From Deltaproteobacteria bacterium (GTDB taxonomy: Bacteria; UBA10199; JACPAL01; GCA-016699445), in assembly GCA_016699445.1 (NCBI GenBank), contig CP064976.1:1449125-1513124 (forward strand): DNA of 64,000 nt. Reading direction: 5' to 3'. A program made the translations under genes and the position numbers. Below the pieces are notes generated by a model. That model worked only from the letters and a program-made list of their open reading frames with translations. It searched no databases and was not told the origin of the DNA. This document shows positions 43,257-53,200 of this stretch, piece by piece. The first letter of the stretch is position 1. Each line of letters starts with the position of its first letter.

Positions 43257-44417
43257 ATGTCATCGGGACTCAGGGGGGTATCGATAGCTAATGAAGCGGC
43301 GCATAAAGTTCATTCAGCTTATGCGACAAAGTTGAGTATGCAGCAGATAGGTCATGGCTCGCTTCAAAAAACCTCCTTTGGGGTGAAATCTAATAAAGTT
43401 TTTCAAACCAATGAATTTAGTCGTTTTCAGGAATCCAACAAGGATCTCTTTCATGTCATCTCAAAGTCGGACAAAGCTAAAGAGATTTATTCCAAAAAAG
43501 ACATCCGAACAAGAGATGATCTGGTTGATGTGGTCGCTCAAGCGGCGAATGAAAACTTATCGGGTGATGCAAAAAATATTCTGACAAAAGATAAGCTCAA
43601 AGAGGATCCGTTTATGGCTTCCATTATTGCCATGAATACGGGTGGTATTAAAGATATCTTAAACAAAGAGGCATCAGTCGCTGACAAGTTGTTAAGTGGT
43701 GACGCAGAAACTTCTAGAAAAGAAGCTATGAGTCAGTTGGCCGATAAAGCTTCAAGCCTTTTTGAAAAAGATCATGTGCTCAACGATAAAAAGTTTTTTG
43801 AAGAAAATCCGAAGGCTGCTGTTTATGTGATTAAAAATAAAGATGTCGTGCGTGATTTTACTGAAACTCAGGCAGGTAAGGATCGTGCAGAAGTATTTCG
43901 AGATGAAATACGCAGAGGGGTTAATCAGACAATCGTTACAAATGAAACCAATGATTTTGTTCAATCCAATCTCCAGTCAGGAACCTATAATAAAGACTTT
44001 TTAAATAATAATTCTGATTTTACTGATTATATCGCGGCGAGCTTAATCTTGGATGACAAGCCTACTGTGGCTAAAGTCTTAAAAGATAATCCTCATTATA
44101 ACCTTCAAAACAGAGTCGTAAAAGATCAGTTTAATGAAGATGATGTGACTCGTGATATTGTGGCCAAACAAGCTTCTGAAAAGTTGGGCCCTGAGTCGAA
44201 TCTGACAGAAGCCGATTTGAAAAAACGGACAGGGCTAGCTCAATTAATTTTAAAAAATGTGTCCTTGCAGGATGAGTTTAAAAAAGAAGATTCACAGTCA
44301 GATTTTTCAATTTTACTCAGAAACGAGCGACCGCATCTTGAAACAAGCAAAGAAGTTTTTCAAAGGCAGTTTCGAACCGAATTAAAAGAAAGGACTCTCG
44401 TGTCTGTGATTGCTTAA
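43257..44417 (+). CDS. Hydrophilic Lys/Asp-rich hypothetical protein, no TM, between the two tRNA-Ser genes
   Basis: 386 aa ORF with a GGAGGAAGG RBS 6 nt upstream. No recognisable domain; composition resembles a secreted or effector-like protein. Confidence 0.5.
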   Translation: MSSGLRGVSIANEAAHKVHSAYATKLSMQQIGHGSLQKTSFGVKSNKVFQTNEFSRFQESNKDLFHVISKSDKAKEIYSKKDIRTRDDLVDVVAQAANENLSGDAKNILTKDKLKEDPFMASIIAMNTGGIKDILNKEASVADKLLSGDAETSRKEAMSQLADKASSLFEKDHVLNDKKFFEENPKAAVYVIKNKDVVRDFTETQAGKDRAEVFRDEIRRGVNQTIVTNETNDFVQSNLQSGTYNKDFLNNNSDFTDYIAASLILDDKPTVAKVLKDNPHYNLQNRVVKDQFNEDDVTRDIVAKQASEKLGPESNLTEADLKKRTGLAQLILKNVSLQDEFKKEDSQSDFSILLRNERPHLETSKEVFQRQFRTELKERTLVSVIA

Positions 44418-44589
44418 ACTTAAACCCAATTCGCTTAGGGACCCTCCTTTAGGCTTAAATGTGGGGCCTCACGATCCTAGGCGAACCCCAAAGACCCCAG
44501 TGAGGCCCCACATGTATGTTACCTGTGAAGACTTTTAAAAACGCTCGCCTCAGCTGTCGTGAAGGCAGCAGGCTCAAAAAGAGCGTCAA

Positions 44590-44628
44590 AGTGCGGCGAG
44601 GATTAAAACCCTCGCCGGTTTTATTTTA
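44590..44628 (+). terminator. Rho-independent terminator in the structured noncoding region
   Basis: GCGGCGAGG-attaaaac-CCTCGCCGG hairpin followed by TTTTATTTT. Confidence 0.5.
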
Positions 44629-44663
44629 GGATCTCAAATTTTCAGATTATTGTTTTGAAAATA

Positions 44664-44752
44664 CGGAGGAGGAGGGATTCGAACCTCCGATACGGTATTA
44701 CCCGTATAACGGTTTAGCAAACCGCCGCCTTCAGCCACTCGGCCACCCCTCC
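44664..44752 (-). tRNA. tRNA-Ser (GCT)
   Basis: Reverse complement GGAGGGGTGGCCGAGTGGCTGAAGGCGGCGGTTTGCTAAACCG + 20-nt variable arm + GGAGGTTCGAATCCCTCCTCCTCCG. One mismatch in the T-stem. Confidence 0.8.
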
Positions 44753-44848
44753 CACATTTCCTGAATTTCACTGGACTTCGTGAAACGAGACACGCCATTA
44801 TCGTTTGAAATATTTTAATGTCAATTTGTAACTCTCCTTAATGTAAAA

Positions 44849-47078
44849 ATGAAACAAGAATCTAAAAAAAATAAAAAAAGAAAAGGTCTCCCTTGGGGAC
44901 TTTTCCTCTTTGTTTGTGTGATGGGTCTTGGGCTGTATGTTGTGGCCTTAGACATGCAAATTCGTAAAAAGTTTGAATCTCATCGGTGGAATCTTCCTTC
45001 AAGAATCTATTCGGATTCCTATGCTCTTTATCCAGGCCGTTTAGTGGATCCTTCTGAAATTGAAGCCCGTCTGGATCGGTTGGGTTATAAAAAAGGCCTA
45101 CCGGACCTAAAAATGTGGGAGAATATATAAGGGGAGCTAATCAGGTTTCTATTTTTCTCCACAGTTTTTCGTATCCTTCGGGCGATATTGATGGAGTTCC
45201 TATCCAAATCAGTTTTGCAGAGCGTAAGATCACATCGATTGTGCGTTTGGATAATCAGGAAGTTTTAAAAACAGTGAAGCTTGAACCTGAGCTTGTTGCT
45301 TCTATTTTTGATGAAAAAATGGAAGACCGTACCTTGGTGTCCATGACTGATATCCCTGATGCTCTTCTCAATGCCGTGGTAGCTGTGGAGGATGAGCGCT
45401 TTTATTCTCACCATGGGGTAGATCCTATTGGTTTGGCAAGGGCACTATTGGTAGATTTGGTTCATTTAAAAGCCGTGCAGGGTGGAAGTACTCTGACTCA
45501 GCAATTGGTTAAAAATTATTTTCTGACTTCCAAAAAGACTTTTGGGAGGAAGTTAAATGAAATGGTGATGGCTCTCATTTTGGAAGCTCGTTACACCAAA
45601 GAGGAAATTCTAGAAGCTTATCTTAACGAAATTTATTTTGGCCAACGTGGAGCTGTCTCTGTGACCGGTGTGGAAGAAGCCGCTAAAATGTTTTTTTCCA
45701 AAAGTGTGAGTCAGCTTTCCATTGCCGAATGTGCGCTGATAGCGGGTGTTATTCGATCTCCAGGGGAATATTCGCCTTTTCGTAATATCAACAAAGCCTA
45801 CGATCGTCGCAATTTTGTCCTTAAAATGATGTGGAGTCAGGACGTCATCGATGATCGTGAATATGCGGATGCTAAAAAAGAGAAGATTATATTGTCTCCT
45901 GTGAATAATCGCTTTTTGCGAGCGCCTTATTTTGTCGATTTTATTCAGACTCAGCTGAAATCAGATTATTCAACCGATGTGCTCAAATCAGAAGGCTTGA
46001 GAATTTTTACTACACTAGATCCTTTGGCTCAGGATATTGCTGAAGAAGCTTTGCAAAAGCATTTGGAAAAGCTGGAGGCTGACAAGCCCAAACTCAAAAA
46101 GAATCGTGAAGAAGGCAAAACTCTCGAAGGTGTTTTTGTAGCTGTGCAGCCTCAGACTGGAGCGATACGCGCTTTTGTCGGGGGCGGGATTATGAAGTGA
46201 GTCAGTTTGATCGTGTAACTGAGGCGCATCGACAGCCAGGTTCGGCTTTTAAACCTTTTGTCTATCTCACAGCTCTTAATCAAGAAGGTGGAAAATATAC
46301 GTTGGCTTCGACTCTTGAAGACACGTCTTTTACGGTGAAGAGCGGGGATAAAAATTGGTCGCCTGAAAACTATGATAAACAAGAGCATGGGACGGTTCCA
46401 ATGCGAGAAGCTCTTGAGCAGAGTATGAATATTGCCACAACACGCTTAGCAATGGATGTGGGTCTTGATTTGGTTGTGGACATGGCTCATGGGGCAGGGA
46501 TCGATAGTCCTTTAGATCCTGTACCTTCTCTTGCTTTAGGCGCTTTTGAAGTGACGCCTTTGGAATTGATTCGTGCGTATACGATTTTTCCTAATCAGGG
46601 TACACGTACAGAGCCTGTGGCATTGATGAATGTAGTCACGCGCGATGGTGTCTTGCTTGATAAGAAAAGTTATCAGATGAAACGTGTGATTTCTCCGGAA
46701 GTAGCCTATCTCATGAATAATCTTTTGCGAGGTGTGGTGGATCGTGGAACAGCCGCTTCTTCACGAACGATGGGTTTTTCGGGATTAGCTGCAGGGAAGA
46801 CGGGAACGACGTCTGATTACAAAGACAGTTGGTTTGCAGGATATACTCCGGATTTGTTGGCGGTGTCTTGGGTGGGCTATGATGATAATACCTCGACGGG
46901 ATTGTCAGGAGCTTCGGGACCGTTGCCGATTTGGACAGAATTTATGAAGCGAATGAATCCTCCAGGGGCTTCTCAGGCAGATTTTTCAGCGACTGATAAT
47001 ATTGTGATGGTGAAGTTTGAAAGAGATGGGAAGAGTTATGAAGAGCCTTTTATCAAAGGAACAGAACCGAATGATTAA
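44849..47078 (+). CDS. mrcA: Class A penicillin-binding protein 1A (bifunctional glycosyltransferase/transpeptidase), with two single-nt frameshifts at ~45120 and ~46193
   Basis: N-terminal TM anchor. GT51 motifs: EDERFYSHHGVD, GGSTLTQQLVKN, RKLNEM. Then transpeptidase motifs: GSAFKP (SxxK), SxN region and GKTGTT (KTG). The frames join as ...VGGG|DYEVSQFDRV at a G-run. Confidence 0.85.
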
Positions 47079-47496
47079 ATATATTGGTCTCGTTTTAATT
47101 TTATTTGTCATGAGTTGTGTGAAGCCAGCCACTCATAAAACTCACTCTGATGTCAAAGTCACGCATAAGTCCCCTGTCGTGATGGCTAAAAATAATGAAG
47201 TGACACCTGAACGAACAGCCGCTCAGCACTTGGTTGAGATGGGAAAAGACGCTGTGGCTCAAAATCATTATGATCAAGCCACCGACTCCTTTCAGGAAGC
47301 GATGGCGGTCGATCCTTCTTATGGGGTGTCTTTTTTAGAACTCGCGAAGCTTAAATACCATTTGGGGAATATCGACGAATCCAAAAGCCTTTTGGAAAAA
47401 GCCTCATCTCTTTTAAGTCATGAGCCTGATTGGGAAAGTCTCTGGCAACCCGAAATTGAAAATTTCAAAGCAACTTTTCTCACGCCTGCTCGATAA
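47071..47496 (+). CDS. Small lipoprotein with TPR-like repeat
   Basis: MIKYIGLVLILFVMSC lipobox, followed by TPR-like helices (AQNHYDQATDSFQEAMAVDPSYG...LAKLKYHLGN). Confidence 0.5.
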   Translation: MIKYIGLVLILFVMSCVKPATHKTHSDVKVTHKSPVVMAKNNEVTPERTAAQHLVEMGKDAVAQNHYDQATDSFQEAMAVDPSYGVSFLELAKLKYHLGNIDESKSLLEKASSLLSHEPDWESLWQPEIENFKATFLTPAR

Positions 47497-47505
47497 TCAT
47501 GGCTT

Positions 47506-48834
47506 ATGGATTCGATTGCTCTCCGTGCCCATGTGCATAGTTTTTTTTCAATAGGGACGTGTCATTTAGAAGGCATAGAAAGAAAACTGTTAGGAAGTTT
47601 TTTTACACCCTCCTCGCTATACAGAGAATTAAAAGCGGAGGATTGTTATACAGCTAAGGCACTCGCTACGATCTTGGATTCAAACGCTCATCTCAATCAC
47701 TTTGGGACAGAAAAGTTTGCTGCGGCGGGTGTTTTTTTGAGAAAAACGTTAAGTGAAGTGGATGGGTTTAAAAGGACGGATCAATTAAATCGTTTTGTGG
47801 ATTTGATGAAACAAGGCCTTCTCTGGAGTGGCTTGGAAAGATTATTTTCCGAAAGCGGTTATAGTCGTCCGGCATTTTCAAAAATGAATCCTTATATTTC
47901 TGATCCTATTGAAAGCGCTATTTTTGATCGAGCTTGCATGTCTCCTTTGGGAGCCGTGTTGATGGTTCGTACGGGGCAAATCTTGAACCCTCTCCAATAT
48001 GATGCCTCTGCCCTAGACCCTTCTCAAACCTATGATCGATTAGTAGAAATGGCGACACCCACACGTGTTAAAGAAGAAATGAGTCTTGAAGATAGGATTA
48101 TTGCTGCTCAAAAGAGTGGGCTTTCTTTAAGAGACATAGCGGCTCAAAGAATCGGTACAGCGGATACAGGTTATATTCTGAATCAAAAACTAGCAGAAAA
48201 AATAGTCGCTGTTGTGTCAGCAATGAAAGACTTTTCAGACGCTGACAGGAATCTTTTAAGAGAAAAATATGAAGATTGTTTAAGCGCATGGATCTATCTG
48301 CATTTGTCAGGGCAGTCTGTGTCTGTCTCTGATTTGTTAGTTTTTTTTCAAGAATGGGTAGAGTCGGGAGTTTTTCTTCCTCCCTTTATGAATGATCTTT
48401 TTATACTCGCAGATTCTTTGAAAAGACAAAATAGGATTCGGATCGTTTCAGGACGTGAGATGGAATGTCTGATTCGATCTCAAACTCCATTTTCAAAAAA
48501 TCCTACACATGGATTTTTTGATCCTCATAGTGGACTTATTTACATACGAGACATTTCCAATGTTATCAGCGATGACGCTGAATTGATCAATGCTTTCATC
48601 TTTCGAATGCAAGCTTTGATAAGCTCTTTAGAGGAAGCGCGTCATATTGGAGAAAATCTGGGGCCTCTTCCTCAACGACAGCAAAAAATTGTGCGTCACG
48701 CTCATATCAAAGCCGTACAGCTTTTTTGGACCTGTCAGACGACGAGTGATAATGAGTTGTTGCTTATGAAAAAATTAGGAATGGATTTTGGAGACTACTG
48801 CTGCCTCGAAAGTCCTTTTTTAGATCATTCTTAG
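47506..48834 (+). CDS. Effector-like hypothetical protein, paralog A (degenerate HExxH)
   Basis: C-terminal ~110 aa aligns with paralog B (FFDPHSGLIYIRD...MQALISSLEEARH). The metal-binding His residues are replaced. Confidence 0.5.
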   Translation: MDSIALRAHVHSFFSIGTCHLEGIERKLLGSFFTPSSLYRELKAEDCYTAKALATILDSNAHLNHFGTEKFAAAGVFLRKTLSEVDGFKRTDQLNRFVDLMKQGLLWSGLERLFSESGYSRPAFSKMNPYISDPIESAIFDRACMSPLGAVLMVRTGQILNPLQYDASALDPSQTYDRLVEMATPTRVKEEMSLEDRIIAAQKSGLSLRDIAAQRIGTADTGYILNQKLAEKIVAVVSAMKDFSDADRNLLREKYEDCLSAWIYLHLSGQSVSVSDLLVFFQEWVESGVFLPPFMNDLFILADSLKRQNRIRIVSGREMECLIRSQTPFSKNPTHGFFDPHSGLIYIRDISNVISDDAELINAFIFRMQALISSLEEARHIGENLGPLPQRQQKIVRHAHIKAVQLFWTCQTTSDNELLLMKKLGMDFGDYCCLESPFLDHS

Positions 48835-48859
48835 AATCAGAATATTTTAGGCAACTTTT

Positions 48860-50230
48860 ATGGGAGATGGACGAAGAGGGAGTATGGTTGCTTCTCCGAA
48901 TTTTGTAGTCCCTTTAAAACCCTCTCCCGTAGTGGTTTATCCTATCAATGTGATTCAGGATCAATTGGGGAAAATCGCTCTGCCTGAAGTTCAGAAATCA
49001 AAGCTATCCCGTCTTGTTTTGCAGTGTGAAGATGCCAATACAGACTCCATGTATTATCGGATGGAAGCTCTGCGTTTCTGCTTTCTTTCACGCGCCAATG
49101 ACACCTATCACGGCAATCTTACTTTAGCTCACATGGAATGTTTTGTTCGTGATCTCTTGAAAGATCCTGATGAAAGTAAGGCCTTGCAAGCTCTGCAATC
49201 TTTGTTTCGAAAAATGGATTCAGGTTTGTCTTTAAGTGATTTGGAAAAACTGTTTAAAGCCTACGACTATGAATCATCTCATCGAAAGCAGAGGGCTATT
49301 GATTATAAGACTTTTGATGACAACTATCACGGAGTGGAATCTCTTCGTACTTTGATTGAAGCTTCTCCTGCGTCTGGTATTATTTCGACTCGAGTGGATC
49401 ATCTACTCTCCGCACAGGGACAAAGAAGAAATCCGATTTGTGTGCCGGATCAGGTAGAAGATCTTGTTGGTGATAGAAAGTTGAGGGATTTGACTCAATC
49501 TTTAATGTCTTTGGCGACTTTTTTAAAAAAAGAAAAATCTATTTCTGATTTATCTCTAGAAGAAATTGCAAGAGCTCTTCATGGCTCTCACTACACAGGT
49601 TTTATTGAGGATCAGAGACTCACCATCCGTATGGCTCAAGTTTTAAGAGAAATGATGGTGATTTCCAAAGACAGTTTGGAGAGTAATCGAAAAAACTTTT
49701 TAAGAAAAGTGGATGAGATGTGGAAAGAGCGTACAGCAGGACCCTTACGTCTAGACCCTGATTCCGAGATACTGCCATTTTTAGAGTCTTCTGATTTTTT
49801 GAGATCTTCTAAAGTTTTTTCTTCTCTCGTTGAGATTGTTGGAGGGATTCGGCTTCGTGTCATTTCTGATGAAAAATTTGAAGATGAAAAAAAGAAATAT
49901 CCAGATCTTCCTGAGGATTGTTCCCTTGCCTTTTATGACAGACGTCAAAGAACTATTTTTTTGAGAGATTACTCTCGTGATTTGGATGTGAGCTTAGGGA
50001 GTGACCCTTTAATTCAAAGAATAGATGCTGTGATGCATGAGCTGGAGCATGTGAGACATTTTTCAAAAAAAACAAAATATTTAAAAACACGTCATCATAT
50101 TTTGGTATCTGAAGGACAATCTCGTGCAGTTGAGGGATTGTGGCGTTATTTCCATCATTCGAGCGCCGATCTTCAATTAGCCCATCGTCTGGGATTATCG
50201 GTGGGTGCTTTGTGGTGTTTGGATTTGTGA
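48860..50230 (+). CDS. Effector-like hypothetical protein, paralog B with intact zincin HExxH motif
   Basis: C-terminal FYDRRQRTIFLRD...IDAVMHELEHVRHF; no signal peptide or TM. Confidence 0.5.
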   Translation: MGDGRRGSMVASPNFVVPLKPSPVVVYPINVIQDQLGKIALPEVQKSKLSRLVLQCEDANTDSMYYRMEALRFCFLSRANDTYHGNLTLAHMECFVRDLLKDPDESKALQALQSLFRKMDSGLSLSDLEKLFKAYDYESSHRKQRAIDYKTFDDNYHGVESLRTLIEASPASGIISTRVDHLLSAQGQRRNPICVPDQVEDLVGDRKLRDLTQSLMSLATFLKKEKSISDLSLEEIARALHGSHYTGFIEDQRLTIRMAQVLREMMVISKDSLESNRKNFLRKVDEMWKERTAGPLRLDPDSEILPFLESSDFLRSSKVFSSLVEIVGGIRLRVISDEKFEDEKKKYPDLPEDCSLAFYDRRQRTIFLRDYSRDLDVSLGSDPLIQRIDAVMHELEHVRHFSKKTKYLKTRHHILVSEGQSRAVEGLWRYFHHSSADLQLAHRLGLSVGALWCLDL

Positions 50231-50266
50231 TCTATAAAAATATTTCTTGAAAAATATTTCCTGAAA

Positions 50267-53200
50267 TTAATTTCTGCGTCGAGGCGGTGTTTCTACTGTA
50301 GGTCCACGGGCGGCGGTTTGCAGCGTGCTGTCACCTTCTTGAGTCTGTGTACTTCCCTCTATTTCCAAGCCTCTATCAGTGATCCTGCCATTGTGAGTTA
50401 ACGTATGACCTTCAACGCGAGTGACAATCTGTAATCTATCATTCATGTGAATTTCACTTCCGCTATCCACCAAGTGACCATTGATTAAAACAACATTACC
50501 CTCTTGAATGTTGACGTTCCATGTGTGGCCGTCATTAGATCTTCTGAAAATTATAGGAGGAATCGTTTGAGGTGTTAATCTGGGAAGATTAACATTGGTC
50601 ATCGTTGGAAAGGTAGGTGCTTGCCCCCCTACGGTGATCAGATTTACCGAGGGATTTATATTTACAAAAGCGGGTAATGCCATGTTGGGGTTTGTCGAAT
50701 CACCGAAGTCAGGCTCAACGACAGTGGCATCAGTCGAAGCTGCTGCGGGAGTAGCCCGTCGTGATAAACTATTGGCTCGTTCCAAGTCTTGGCTTGTTAC
50801 GTTCATACTATCATCAAGAAGCATCATTCGTTCCTCTAATCGAGGATTCGTTACATAATGATCTCCCGCACGTGTAATAAATCCACGAGCCAAGGCTTCT
50901 TCCCGGGAAATAGAAAAGCGACTTTGTTCTCTTCTATTCATTGAATGGAGTGTTACCGTGAGATTTGGTGCATTAGCATCCAGGATACGAGTGCTTACTA
51001 AGACTTGTCCTGTCAGGACTCCAAAGCCTTGGGAGCTATCCCTGATGGAAAGGGTTTCAGCTCCTCCTTCAGAATTTTGAATGGATAAATCTCCAATGGG
51101 GACTTCGCTGTGAGAGATTGTTGGATTATTAATTTCTACAAATCTTCCAGTAATATTTAAGCGAATCCTTCCACCGGGAGGGAGTGTATAAGGTATTGGA
51201 GGTGTTGCAATACGACGTTGAGCTGGAGTGGTGTATCCTACCGGAACGTCATGACGAGGGAATAGTGTCGGTTGATCTTGTTGTACTACTGAAAGTCCGT
51301 TTGCACTCAAATTCCAATTACCATCTTGAGTGGGTGCCCCATCTCGAATCAGCATATTGCCATCGTTGTCGTAATCTACAGTAAAATGTTGGTTGGATAT
51401 ATTCTGGCCTGCCTCTGGAATATTGGAACGTCCAAAGATTGTGCGAGGGCCTTGAGTGGTCAGTGTGGATGTCGTGGTGTTTTGAATCTGGTCTTCTCAT
51501 GACGGGAAGAGATTCTATTCCTGGAAGCTGTGGTGAAGACCGAGATGGTTGAGCTGACGGAGAAGGTGTTGACATGGCTTGGGCAGGCAATTGAGCGAGA
51601 GGATCGTGAAATATAAATCTCCCCACAATAGTTTCACTCATACCCAGCCATGAGTTTTTGACAAGACTCACTTGATCACCTTCTCTAAATCCTGATCTTA
51701 ATGTATTCGGATCTGTCACTTCACTTCCTTGCCGAACGACACGCCAACGATGTCCTGAAGGTAATGTTGAATTGCTAAAAGTCCAGTAGGACTCTTGAGA
51801 GTTTGGCTTTGTGGCCCGTACAATTTCAAAACTATGCCCTCCGATCGTTCCGGGAGAAGGCTGATTGGGATTTCCAGTGATAGTAATTGGAGCGCCTACC
51901 GGAAGTGGTCTTCCATTTCCTAGAGGTCCTGAAGGTCCAATCCCTCCAGCTAATCCCCAAACAGCTGCGAGAAGGGGATTTGTCATCAAAGCATGTGGAC
52001 CGGGACGCATTGGACGGGACGTTGGTGCGGCATCACTCCTTCTGGTATGTTCTGGGTTAATCGCTTGAAAATGCACCACTGCTCCATCAGCTCCTCCCAA
52101 CCTCCACTCTGTCTCACTGATTTCCGTGATGGGAATATTCTGTTCTCGAGCCTGATTTCTTAAAGCTAATTTGGCATTGTTTCGAGCCCCAACAGAGTGA
52201 GTGATCGTTAGGGAGCGTTCTCCAGGATTGAATAAGTATCCGAGGCCTGCAGGTCTTTCTCCAGGAGATGCGAGAGGGTTATTGCAAAAATTATAAATGG
52301 GTGTCGCAATGGGTTGGGTGAATGGAATCGTCTCGGGCCCTGTAGTAGGACGTGTGTTGTTGGTGGCGTGGGTGGTCGTTGTAGGGGTGTCGTGAACAAT
52401 AAAATGACGAGCTGTATCGCCTTCTCCGACGATCACATGGTCTCCCACATTCAGAGGAAAATCGAGGCGTCTTTGGCTTGCTGGAATTAATTCTTCTGCT
52501 CCTGATGTGTGCCAGACAGTGACCGGGACTCCGGTTTGATTATTAACTAAAAGTCTTCCATCGTCTGATCGTGTAAAAGACAGATGCGCAGAGGCGCCCC
52601 TTAAGACAGAGACATTACGCCTTTCTCCAGAATGAAGAGGATGACCTCCAAGATTGATGATTTGAGGTGTCGATTCCGTCTGAGGTGGAGGCGTATAAGC
52701 TGATGCCCCAATCGCTACGGTCGAGCTGATTGGAAGTCGAGGGTCAGGTCTTGTGGCAGAGATTCTTCCTGTTCGTGATTCTCTTACAGAATTTTGTGGC
52801 AGTGACGGAGTGGTCGCCCCTACACTGCTAGGAGTCGATCTTCGAGATGGTGTCCTACCAAAAATAGCTCCTCCTAATCCACCATCAGCTCCTAAAATTG
52901 AAAACGTCAGTCCCAGGCCTGGAGAACGGAAGGGATTTGATAATCGCATGTCATTGGCTTGAGCGAGAGCATCGACCAGTTGTTGGGTTTGAGCATGTTC
53001 TTCTGCTGTAACGATGTCCCGTACAGCCACATGTTGTTCGAGTCGTTGTCTTGCGGCGACAGCTGCTCGGAGCCGATCTCGTACCTCACTGCCACGTCCT
53101 TCGCCCTGCGTGAAATAACGATTCCAGGCTTGACCGGCTTCCTGACTGGTTCTGACAGCGGCTTCATACCGCCCTCTCACACGCGAGAGTGCCACTTCTC

